Shown one piece after another: positions 19,234 to 27,824 of a DNA stretch of 44,338 bases. The notes below the pieces were generated by a model, which made no database searches, was not told where the DNA came from, and saw nothing but the letters and a program-made list of their open reading frames with translations. A program made the position numbers and the translations under genes. This DNA comes from a virus (Duplodnaviria; Caudoviricetes), in IMG/VR virus record IMGVR_UViG_3300034032_000018, positions 1 through 44,338 of that record. One strand, given 5' to 3'. Numbering within the stretch: position 1 is the first letter of the stretch; each line of letters opens with the position of its first letter.

Positions 19234-22200
19234 GTGGGCACCTTCATCACCAAGGGCTCCGAGAACCCATGCCTCATGGGCTCACCGGAGAAGCGCGTCG
19301 ACTGGGCCCCCGGTGGTGTGCTGTGGCTCTGCGAGTCCGAGCCTGCAGCGGGCAAGTTCTTCTCGAGCAGCGACGGCGGCTCGACGTGGAAGTACAGCGC
19401 CGGCTCGGACCTGCCCTGGAACATCGAGCGGGCGACGAACCAGACGCAGAACTTCCCCACCTTCTTCATCGACGGCGAGGGCTACGCGCACGTCGCGTGG
19501 TCGCTGTGGAACACCTCGCCGCAGCGCATGAACTACGCCCGCGGACGTCCGGTGAGTGGCGGCGGCTGGTCCTGGACGATCCTGCGCTGGGCCATCGTGC
19601 CCAACGTCGGCGGCGACTCCGAGATGACGGTCGTGCGCCGCGGATCGGGGTGGACCGTCTTCATCCAGTCGGGCTCGCACGGTCGCGTCGGACGCGTCGA
19701 GGTCTCGGCCAACGGCACGCTCACCCTCGCCACGGCGGCGATGAACGCGCCGGACACCGGGACCTACCACTCCTGCGCGGCGCTCGAGCACGAGCACATC
19801 GGCGACGGCAAGACGCCCAAGGAGAACCCGCACCTGCTCATGGTCTCGGGCGCGCAGAGCACTGACAACGGCATGCGCCCGATGTGGGGCTTCCGCGCCC
19901 TGCACAACAACGGTGCCTACACCTGGCAGGCGCCTGTCCAGCTCGACGCTGGCGCGGACATCCACGAGACGTCCATGTCGATGCTCTACGACGGCACGCG
20001 GGTGTGCACCGTGTACGAGTACCAGGCCGCGCCAGGCGTGCGCTTCGTCGAGTGGATCCCCGGTGGCGCCGTCACCCGCCGCGACCCTCCCACGCTGCCC
20101 TCGGACTTCACGGGCGTCATGCTCGGCGTCAGCATCGGCCAGGACATCGTCACGCACGACATCTGGATCGCGGCGTACTCCTTCAACTCCGACATCTGGT
20201 GGGCCAAGCTCACGCGCTCGACGAACACCTGGAGCGCCTGGACAAAGATCGCGACCCGCGTCGAGTCGAAGTGGGACGGCAAGATCCAGATTCCGCGACA
20301 CGCGCAGCGCGACACCATCGACCTGATCTGGGCCACCGCGAGTCCTGGCGCCAACTACCCGTTCTCGATCTACCACGAGCAGATCGCCCGGCTGCAGCGC
20401 ACGCCCTCGGCTCCCGCTCTGCACCGTCCGGCCAACGGCGCTCGCGTCGACCTCGCAGCGGGCGCGATGTTCGAGTGGGACTACATGGGCACCGGGCCCA
20501 GCGACGTGCAGCAGGCGTGGGCGTTCCGCCGCGTCGCGGGCGCCACGACGGCGTACTGGAACGCCGGGTCGCAGGCGTGGCAGTCGACCGAGATCTTCAA
20601 CGCCGGCGCCGAGGAGCGGGCCACGTTCCCGCCCGGCGCGTGGCCGAACGGTGCGGCGTACTCCTGGACCGTGCGAGTCAAGGCGTCGAGCGGGCAGGAC
20701 AGTCCCTACGCAACGCCGCGCTCCGTCATCGCCACCTCGGCGCCAGTCGTCAGGATCACCGGGCCCAGTGGCCTGGTCTTCACCGAAAGCACGCCGACCG
20801 TGACGTGGGACTACGTCTCGTCGGATGCTCAGCGCACATACGAGGTCCGAGTCTTCGTGGACGCGCCGAACATCAACCCCGACACCGCGACGCCGTTGTG
20901 GAGCAGCGGCCAGGTGACCTCGTCGACTGGTCGCGCCGTCCGCATCGACACGCCGCTGCTCGACGGCGAGTCCTACCGGATCTTCGCTCGCGCGACGAGC
21001 AGCACCGACCTGACGAGCGCGTGGGACGACGAGATCTTCACGCTCTCCTTGACGCCGCCGACCGGGCCGAGCGTGCGTGCCTCGCAGGGCTGGTCCTACC
21101 CTCGCGACGTCCCGCATGCCGTGCTGCGCCTCGTGGGCCGCACGAACCACCTGTCCTCGCTGCAGGCTCGCGGCCTCGCCGGCTGGGATGCTGAGCCTGG
21201 CACCAGCCTCGCCTTCCACGAGGGCGACCTGCTCACCCTCACCGAGGAGGGCTTGGCCCTGACGACGCCGACGGGTGGACGTGTCGCGGCACGCTCCGTG
21301 CTCGGCCAGCCGCCCGAGGCGCCCATCGGGCAGCCGCAGCCGCTGGGCCCGCTGTCGTTCCCGGTGAACCCGGGCGAGACCTACACCGCCATCGCCCACT
21401 TCCGCGCCGCCACTTCGACGCTGCGCGCCGCACGCATCGTGCTGCGCTGGTACGCGGGCGACGAGGGCCTCGAGGCGAACGCGCCAGCCGCCGCCATGGA
21501 GACGACGCTCGGCGATCAGGTCAACGTCGGCACGGCGTACGACCTCGTGGTGACGACGGTGACCGCGCCGCAGGGCGCCAAGCGTGTCACCGTCGTGCCC
21601 GAGATGCTGGGCCTGGACGCCGGGGAGACCGGCTACGTCTCGCGGCTGTCCTTTCACCCCGGCGACGACACGCGGTGGCAGCCGGGTGGCTTCGCCACCA
21701 CCCAGACGCTGCGGGTCGAGCGCAGCCTCGACGGGATCGCCTGGACGCAGGTCGACGAACGGGTCGGCGTGGACTTCTACCAGCGCGGCGTCGTCATCGA
21801 CCGCCTGATGCCGCTGGGCCGCGACGTGCTCTACCGCGGCTTCACCGACGTCAACTACGACAACGGCGCCCGGCTGTCGAGTGCCCCGAGCCCCATCGCC
21901 ACCCTCGCAGTCGAGGCCGACGCGTGGGCGATCCGCGACCCGCTGGACTTCGCAGGCGAGGTCAACGCGCTGGTCATCGAGCACGAGCGCAAGGACCGGG
22001 ATGCCGCCACGGTCTCGCAGCCGGCTGGGCGCTCGCACGCGGTCGTCGACAGCGAAGGCCCGATGGGCGCCGAGGGATCCTTGACGATCTACGCGCCCGC
22101 CGCGATCCGCGACGCGACCGTCGACCTGCTACGCCGGGGCCGGGCGCTCGTGGTGCAGTCTCCGGTCGGCGTCGTGCACCTCGTCTACTTCGTGGACCGG

Positions 22201-22263
22201 GACTACACGTTCGAGATGAACGGCGCCCGCACGCTGGACGCGTCGTACGTCGAGGTGGGCTGA
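19234..22263 (+). CDS. minor tail protein (multi-domain; FN3-like middle, possible distal-tail-like C-terminus)
   Basis: Directly after the tape measure; Asp-box SSDGGSTW, YSWTVRVK FN3-like strands; GAGGAGG RBS. Confidence 0.8.
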   Translation: MGTFITKGSENPCLMGSPEKRVDWAPGGVLWLCESEPAAGKFFSSSDGGSTWKYSAGSDLPWNIERATNQTQNFPTFFIDGEGYAHVAWSLWNTSPQRMNYARGRPVSGGGWSWTILRWAIVPNVGGDSEMTVVRRGSGWTVFIQSGSHGRVGRVEVSANGTLTLATAAMNAPDTGTYHSCAALEHEHIGDGKTPKENPHLLMVSGAQSTDNGMRPMWGFRALHNNGAYTWQAPVQLDAGADIHETSMSMLYDGTRVCTVYEYQAAPGVRFVEWIPGGAVTRRDPPTLPSDFTGVMLGVSIGQDIVTHDIWIAAYSFNSDIWWAKLTRSTNTWSAWTKIATRVESKWDGKIQIPRHAQRDTIDLIWATASPGANYPFSIYHEQIARLQRTPSAPALHRPANGARVDLAAGAMFEWDYMGTGPSDVQQAWAFRRVAGATTAYWNAGSQAWQSTEIFNAGAEERATFPPGAWPNGAAYSWTVRVKASSGQDSPYATPRSVIATSAPVVRITGPSGLVFTESTPTVTWDYVSSDAQRTYEVRVFVDAPNINPDTATPLWSSGQVTSSTGRAVRIDTPLLDGESYRIFARATSSTDLTSAWDDEIFTLSLTPPTGPSVRASQGWSYPRDVPHAVLRLVGRTNHLSSLQARGLAGWDAEPGTSLAFHEGDLLTLTEEGLALTTPTGGRVAARSVLGQPPEAPIGQPQPLGPLSFPVNPGETYTAIAHFRAATSTLRAARIVLRWYAGDEGLEANAPAAAMETTLGDQVNVGTAYDLVVTTVTAPQGAKRVTVVPEMLGLDAGETGYVSRLSFHPGDDTRWQPGGFATTQTLRVERSLDGIAWTQVDERVGVDFYQRGVVIDRLMPLGRDVLYRGFTDVNYDNGARLSSAPSPIATLAVEADAWAIRDPLDFAGEVNALVIEHERKDRDAATVSQPAGRSHAVVDSEGPMGAEGSLTIYAPAAIRDATVDLLRRGRALVVQSPVGVVHLVYFVDRDYTFEMNGARTLDASYVEVG

Positions 22264-23357
22264 TGTGGCCGACCTCGGACGCCTTCGCCGAGGCGCTGGC
22301 CCGGCCTGACCGGCAGTGGCGCAGCCAGGTCGAGATCCTCTACGCAGGCGAGCTCGTCCAGGCGCTCGACGTAGTCATGTCCGGCTCGATCACCATCGAC
22401 GACGTCGCGGTGCGGCGGGCCGCGAAGCTCACCCTCATCGACCCGCTGGGCAACCTGACGCCTGCCGATGCCCGCGACATCCTCGCGCCGAAGGGCACCG
22501 AGATCCGACCTTCGCGTGGCCTCGTGCTCGCAGACGGCTCGGTCGAGTACGTCCCGCTCGGCGTCATGGAGATCACCGAGCCCAAGGTCACCGCTGAGCG
22601 AGGCGGCGTCAAGATCGACCTGACCTGCAAGGACCGCGCCGAGACCGTGCGTCGGCGGCGCTTCACCGAACCGTGGCGGGTGGCAGCTGGCACAGCCACG
22701 CACCAGGCCATTGCCGACATCGTGACGAGCCGCTTCTCCGTGGCGACGCGCCTGACGGTGACGGGCTACACGACTTCCGAGATCGTCTACGACCGGCTGA
22801 GCGACCCGTGGGAGGCGGTCCAGGAGCTCGCCGCGAGCGACACCCTCGTCGCCGCCTTCGACCCGCTGGGCACCCTGTCCGTGCAGCGCGACGAGCCCGT
22901 GGCGACGGGGGTCACCTACGCGCTCGGACCGGAGTCGATGATGCTCGCCACGGAGCGCAGCATCAACATCGAGCAGACGTACAGCGGCGTCGTCGTCCGC
23001 GTCGAGCACCCCGAGCGTGACCCCATCGAGTCGCAGCTTTGGGACCTCGACCCGCGGAGCCCGACGTACTCGCTGGGCCCGTTCGGGCGTCGTCCGTACG
23101 GCTACTCGAGCCCGGTCATCACCACGCAGGCGCAGGCCGATCAGGTGGCCGCGACGATCCTGCCCCGCGTCACGAAGATGCGGCAGGAGGCCGTCGTGCA
23201 CACCATCGGGCATCCCGGTCACGAGATCGGCGACATGGTCACCGTCGTCGACCCGCGCACGAGGACCGAGGGCAACTGGGTCATCCGCGGAGGTACCGTG
23301 CACCTTCGACCCAGCGGCGGCTCGACGTCGTGGAAGCTGCAGGAGGTGCCCGCGTGA
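22263..23357 (+). CDS. minor tail / baseplate hub protein (DUF5047-like)
   Basis: MWPTSDAF..AL start, VPLGV, GPFGRRP..YSSPVITTQAQA motifs; TGATG coupling. Confidence 0.8.
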   Translation: MWPTSDAFAEALARPDRQWRSQVEILYAGELVQALDVVMSGSITIDDVAVRRAAKLTLIDPLGNLTPADARDILAPKGTEIRPSRGLVLADGSVEYVPLGVMEITEPKVTAERGGVKIDLTCKDRAETVRRRRFTEPWRVAAGTATHQAIADIVTSRFSVATRLTVTGYTTSEIVYDRLSDPWEAVQELAASDTLVAAFDPLGTLSVQRDEPVATGVTYALGPESMMLATERSINIEQTYSGVVVRVEHPERDPIESQLWDLDPRSPTYSLGPFGRRPYGYSSPVITTQAQADQVAATILPRVTKMRQEAVVHTIGHPGHEIGDMVTVVDPRTRTEGNWVIRGGTVHLRPSGGSTSWKLQEVPA

Positions 23358-24091
23358 CCGACGCCGCGATCACGAAGATCGTCGATGCGGTCAAGGACGC
23401 CAGCGACTCGGGCGCGCACCTCCGCATCGGCAAGGTCACCGCGACGCAGACCGACGGCGCCCGTGTGCAGCTGGACTTCACTGGCGACGCCTGGATCTCG
23501 TGCGACCGAGACGTCTCAGCGGTCGTCGGGGACCGTGTCTACGCCCTGCAGCAGGGCTCGGTGCTCATCGTCTCGGGCAAGATCGGCGCCGAAGCGCAGA
23601 GCAGCGGCGTGCCGGTCGGAGCGCTCACGCAGTACGCCGGGACGTCCGGCGCGGTGCCCGGTGGCTGGCTGCTCTGCGAGGGCCAGGAGGTCAGCCGCAC
23701 CGACTTCGCCGTGCTGTTCTCCCGCCTCGGGACGACGTACGGCGGCGGCAACGGCTCGACGACCTTCAACCTGCCGAACCTGCAGAACCGCGTGCCGGTC
23801 GGCGTCGGCTCACGAGGTCGAGGCGCTACTGGCGGCGCCGAGACGGTCACGTTGTCCGTGGCGCAGATGCCGAGCCACAACCACGGCGGCGTCGGGGATC
23901 ACACGCACGGCATGGGTCAGGGCGGCGGCGATCCGCAGGTGCAGAGCGGGACCGGCGCCACCGTCGCAGGCAACGGCGACCAGACCTCGTACGGCGGCGG
24001 CGCGCACACCCACGCGTCGGACGGCTCTGGACAGTCCCACGAGAACATGCCACCGTTCGTGGTCATGTACTTCATCATCCGTGTGCTGTGA
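23354..24091 (+). CDS. tail spike/fibre protein with phage tail collar domain
   Basis: PVGAL..YAG...PGGWLLCEGQ.VSRT.F..LF..LGTTYG.GNGSTTFNLPNL collar motif, HxH motifs, ENMPPF C-terminus; GTGA overlap. Confidence 0.85.
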   Translation: MTDAAITKIVDAVKDASDSGAHLRIGKVTATQTDGARVQLDFTGDAWISCDRDVSAVVGDRVYALQQGSVLIVSGKIGAEAQSSGVPVGALTQYAGTSGAVPGGWLLCEGQEVSRTDFAVLFSRLGTTYGGGNGSTTFNLPNLQNRVPVGVGSRGRGATGGAETVTLSVAQMPSHNHGGVGDHTHGMGQGGGDPQVQSGTGATVAGNGDQTSYGGGAHTHASDGSGQSHENMPPFVVMYFIIRVL

Positions 24092-24102
24092 CGGAGAGTC
24101 CT

Positions 24103-24549
24103 GTGCCTGACCCGCTGACCTGCGAGCCTGTGCACCCTGCGGCCATCCTCGTCATCAGGTACCGCAGCCTGATCCGGCAAGCCAGCCACGGTGCCGGGCT
24201 CTACGCGCTGCTCGTCGGCGTGGCGACGTTCTGGGGCGGCGACCAGCGCATGATGGGCCCGTCCTACATCACCTCGTCGGATGTAGCTGAGAGCATGGGA
24301 GCGTCACCCTCTGTACTCTGGGGGGTGTCCGCGATGCTCGTCGGCGCCCTGGCGCTGCTCCCGCACAGGAAGGTGTCACTGTGCGGCCTCTATGGCGTCG
24401 TCGCGTGGAGCGTGGTCTTCGGCCTGAGCTTCCTGGTGAGCGTGAACACCGAACCCCTGGCGGGGGTGAGTGGAGTGTTCGGGCACGGCTTCATCGCAGT
24501 GATGGTGACAGGGCTGATCGTGGTGAGGATCGTGGACCCTCGGGTCTGA
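24103..24549 (+). CDS. membrane protein (about 4 TM segments)
   Basis: Hydrophobic segments; GGAGAG upstream of GTG 24103; alternative start GTG 24088. Confidence 0.7.
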   Translation: MPDPLTCEPVHPAAILVIRYRSLIRQASHGAGLYALLVGVATFWGGDQRMMGPSYITSSDVAESMGASPSVLWGVSAMLVGALALLPHRKVSLCGLYGVVAWSVVFGLSFLVSVNTEPLAGVSGVFGHGFIAVMVTGLIVVRIVDPRV

Positions 24550-25052
24550 GTGCCGAGGGCGACCTTGAGACGGCGCCGCTCCCCCCGCTCCCCGGCAGAC
24601 TGCCACCACCGAGGTCGTTCCGCACCGACACCATCGGGATCTTCCTCGTCCTGTTCGTCGCTGGACTGGCTCAGCTCGCCGCGACGAACGACGGCGCCAT
24701 CGCTCGGGAGACCTCCGACGCTGCAGTCGTGGCACACCTCTGGGAGTTGACCCTCGCCATCGGCGGTGTTGTCGGACTGGTGGCAACGTTCCTGCCCAAG
24801 CGGCTCGCGGTCGTCGGGCTCGGCTTGGAGTTCGTGGCGCGCATCGCGCTGGGCATAGCCAACCTGGCCTACGCGCTGGCCGTGACGCTGTCCCGCGGCT
24901 TCTTCAACGCCGAGTTCACCATCCTCACCTACTACGGCATCGCGCTGCTCATGATGCTCGGCGCCTACCAGATCACGCGCTGGTTGCGCATGCAGCGGAC
25001 CGCAGTGGACGGTGTCCTAGCCATCACCCACCCCGAGGAGGGAGCGTCGTGA
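24546..25052 (+). CDS. membrane protein (about 4 TM segments); start uncertain
   Basis: Hydrophobic helices in the 3' part of ORF 24381..25052; the in-frame codon at the upstream stop is CTG. Confidence 0.6.
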   Translation: MSAEGDLETAPLPPLPGRLPPPRSFRTDTIGIFLVLFVAGLAQLAATNDGAIARETSDAAVVAHLWELTLAIGGVVGLVATFLPKRLAVVGLGLEFVARIALGIANLAYALAVTLSRGFFNAEFTILTYYGIALLMMLGAYQITRWLRMQRTAVDGVLAITHPEEGAS

Positions 25053-25471
25053 ACCCGACCCTCTGGGTGACTGTCCTCGCCGCCATCGGTGGCCCCGCCG
25101 GCATCGTCGCGCTCATCATGATCTTGCCACAGATCAAGAAGCTGCAGGCCGACACCTCTCGGGTCGAGAAGGAGTCGGAGATCGCCGACATCGAGGGCGC
25201 CTCGGTGCTCTCGGCTGCGGCGCTCGCGCAGATGCAGGCAGCCATGGCGCGGGCTGCCGCAGGCGACCTGCACATCGAGAGGCTCGAGAAGGGCCACGCC
25301 GAGATGCGGCAGCGCCTGGACGCCCTCGAGGCGCAGCTCAGGGCGTACCGTGAGGTGGCGCAGGAGCACGTCGCATGGGACGTGCTGCGAATCCAGGATC
25401 TCGTCGAGACTCACGGCGTCGACCCCCGCACCATCCCACTGGCGCCACCCCTTCTGCCACCACGAGGATGA
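25049..25471 (+). CDS. membrane-anchored coiled-coil protein of the lysis region
   Basis: N-terminal TM segment then heptad-like helix; GGAGGGAG RBS; GTGA overlap. Confidence 0.75.
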   Translation: MNPTLWVTVLAAIGGPAGIVALIMILPQIKKLQADTSRVEKESEIADIEGASVLSAAALAQMQAAMARAAAGDLHIERLEKGHAEMRQRLDALEAQLRAYREVAQEHVAWDVLRIQDLVETHGVDPRTIPLAPPLLPPRG

Positions 25472-25472
25472 C

Positions 25473-25661
25473 ATGGACGACGACCTCTCGACCGAGGCGA
25501 ACCTCGGCACCCTCACCGACGAGCAGTGGATCGCCGGGCACAGCGCACTCGTCGAGATGGGCGACATCCCGCCCGAGGAGCTCACGTTCATCTGGGATCC
25601 CACGCTGAACCCCGCAGACCTGATCGACCCCGCCGAAGTCGAGGAGGCGCCCCGTGGCTGA
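25473..25661 (+). CDS. small acidic hypothetical protein (62 aa)
   Basis: GAGGA RBS, ATG 25473, overlaps the lysin start. Confidence 0.6.
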   Translation: MDDDLSTEANLGTLTDEQWIAGHSALVEMGDIPPEELTFIWDPTLNPADLIDPAEVEEAPRG

Positions 25662-26607
25662 CGCTGGCGACGTCGCACGGATGCGGCGCATCATCGCGCG
25701 CATCGAGAAGGCTGGCGTCGTCGTGCGCCCGATCTCAGGCTGGGAGCACCGCGGCGCCACCTTCGCCTACGTCCCGGTCGGCATCATCGACCATCACGAC
25801 GCGTCCTCGCGCAAGAGCGGCGAGTGGGGCGCGCTCGGCGCGGTGACCACCGGGTTCGGCACGCTGCCGGGCCCGCTCTCGCAGTTCGTCACGGCGCGCT
25901 GCCTGGACGACATCCCGAAGATCGCCATCGTCGCCGCGGGCCGCGCCAACCACGCAGGCCGCGGTGGGCCGCGCACCATGGGCGGGCTTGGCGTCGGGTC
26001 CAACGCGGGCAACGGGATCCTCTACGGGAACGAGAAGGCCAACGACGGACGGGGCGAGCCGCACACTGCCGCCGCGCACTACGCCGCCGACGCTGTGTTC
26101 GCTGCCGTGCTCGCGGAGTGCCGTGGCGCAGGGGTCGACCGCCTCATCGGGCACAAGGAGTGGGCCACGCCCAGCGGACGCAAGGGTGACCCCGAGTATT
26201 CGATGGACTGGCGCCGCACCCGCGTCGGTGCGTTCGCGCCGGTCGAGAAGCCAGTCACGCCGATCCCGCCCGCCGTCCCGAAGGAGCCCTCGCGGTACTC
26301 CAAGGTCAGCGAGGCCACGCAGCGCGCCGTGCACACGCCGGTCGACGGCTTCTGGGGCGTCGCCACGGACACCGGGGTCAACGTCGTGCGCCACGCGATC
26401 AACGGCGGCTTCCCGCTCGGCGTGGGTGAGGCTCAGCGCGTCGTCGGTGCCAAGATCGACGGCGCGTGGGGACCGAACAGCCGGGGCGCCCTCGCGGCTA
26501 CCATCAAGGCGCTGCAGATCGCCTGGGGCACCGGAGCCGACGGCGTCTGGGGCCGCAACACCGAAGCAGCATGGCAGCGCGCCCGCGCTGCCTGCTTCAT
26601 CAAGTAG
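25654..26607 (+). CDS. endolysin: N-acetylmuramoyl-L-alanine amidase with peptidoglycan-binding repeats
   Basis: IIDHHDA, AAGRANHAGRG, GNE, IGHKEW...RKGDP motifs; C-terminal DGFWG/DGAWG/DGVWG repeats. Confidence 0.9.
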   Translation: MADAGDVARMRRIIARIEKAGVVVRPISGWEHRGATFAYVPVGIIDHHDASSRKSGEWGALGAVTTGFGTLPGPLSQFVTARCLDDIPKIAIVAAGRANHAGRGGPRTMGGLGVGSNAGNGILYGNEKANDGRGEPHTAAAHYAADAVFAAVLAECRGAGVDRLIGHKEWATPSGRKGDPEYSMDWRRTRVGAFAPVEKPVTPIPPAVPKEPSRYSKVSEATQRAVHTPVDGFWGVATDTGVNVVRHAINGGFPLGVGEAQRVVGAKIDGAWGPNSRGALAATIKALQIAWGTGADGVWGRNTEAAWQRARAACFIK

Positions 26608-26618
26608 AGGAGTACGGC

Positions 26619-27005
26619 ATGGTCACTCCCTTCCAGCTCGAGGTGCGCCAGTACGTCAAGGCGGTCGTGGGTGGCCTCATGTCCGCGCTGCCGCTGCTGA
26701 TCGACGCGCTCAACAGCGACGGGCTCTCGCGCAACGAGGGTCTCGCCGCAGTGCTCGCCTTCGTCGTCGGGTTCAGCGCCGTCTTCTACGCGCCGAACCT
26801 CGCCGCCAAGGGACAGCGCGCTGACCCCGACCTGAGCGAGCAGGACCCGCTCGGCGCCGACCGCATCGACGCCATCGCCGATCTCGACGCCGGCTCGCGG
26901 CGTGTCCGCGGCGACGAGGGCGTCGGCCAGGTGACGCTCATCGTGCTCGTGGTGCTCGCCGTCATGGCGGTGCTGTTCATCGTCCTGCCCGCGCTGGGCG
27001 CGTGA
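26619..27005 (+). CDS. holin
   Basis: Directly after the lysin; YVKAVVGG..., AVFYAPN; 2-3 TM segments; GAGGAG RBS. Confidence 0.75.
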   Translation: MVTPFQLEVRQYVKAVVGGLMSALPLLIDALNSDGLSRNEGLAAVLAFVVGFSAVFYAPNLAAKGQRADPDLSEQDPLGADRIDAIADLDAGSRRVRGDEGVGQVTLIVLVVLAVMAVLFIVLPALGA

Positions 27006-27757
27006 TCACGCTTCGCGACGGGACCGAGGTCGAGGACCAGCGCCTCGACCGGCTCATCCCGCCCAACTTCGACCACATGGACAAGTACCCGCTGTCCATG
27101 TCGACGCTGCCCGCGACGCGCACGGCGATGGTCATGGGCGTCAACTGGTACTCCAACTTCGACCGACCGCAGCCGCTCAAGGTCGGGCGCAAGACGTGGC
27201 AGAGCATCGGGCGCGGCCCGCTCGGCAACGTCCGTGGCGGGCATGCGACCTGCCTCAAGCACTACGGGCTCTCCGACCTCGTGGCGTGGTGGGTCCACTA
27301 CAACCAGCTCAACGAGGGCCGCTGCGTCGAGTTCGCCACGCTGCGCGCCATGACGCTGCACAACCGCGTGCGCTACGACATCACCTCGCGGTGGCACTAC
27401 AAGCAGATGCAGAAGATCGACTACTGGCCCGGCGAGGACTACGAGGGCACCTCGGTCGACGCGGGGCTCAACGTCATGCGCCGGTACGGAGCGATCCCGG
27501 CGTTCTACAAGGGTGCCCCGATCAGCCCCGAGCAGGCGCCGTCCCTGGTGCGCCCCGAGGAGGGCATCGCCGCCTTCCGCTGGGCGCAGTCGTGGGACAT
27601 GGTCCGCACCGCGCTCGGCGTCCCCGACTCACTCCCCGGCGTGCCGATGCTCAACTCGTGGGGGCGCGGCTACCCGCACGAGACCCTGCTGCTCGACGAG
27701 GCAGGTGCGCGGCTGCTCCACGAGGACGGCGAGTTCGGGATGATCACCGACCGCTGA
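27002..27757 (+). CDS. papain-like (C1) cysteine peptidase with rearranged motif order
   Basis: Q...GRC (NQLNEGRCVEFA), WPGEDYEGTSV, GGHA and NSWG motifs. Confidence 0.7.
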   Translation: MITLRDGTEVEDQRLDRLIPPNFDHMDKYPLSMSTLPATRTAMVMGVNWYSNFDRPQPLKVGRKTWQSIGRGPLGNVRGGHATCLKHYGLSDLVAWWVHYNQLNEGRCVEFATLRAMTLHNRVRYDITSRWHYKQMQKIDYWPGEDYEGTSVDAGLNVMRRYGAIPAFYKGAPISPEQAPSLVRPEEGIAAFRWAQSWDMVRTALGVPDSLPGVPMLNSWGRGYPHETLLLDEAGARLLHEDGEFGMITDR

Positions 27758-27770
27758 CCCAGATCGACTG

Positions 27771-27801
27771 AGCCCCGGTAGCCTGGTGCTGCCGGGGCTT
27801 C
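27771..27801 (+). terminator. hairpin terminator
   Basis: AGCCCCGGTAGC / GCTGCCGGGGCT stem (one G-U pair) followed by TCGTCGT. Confidence 0.7.
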
Positions 27802-27824
27802 GTCGTAGGTAGGGAGTGTGACCT

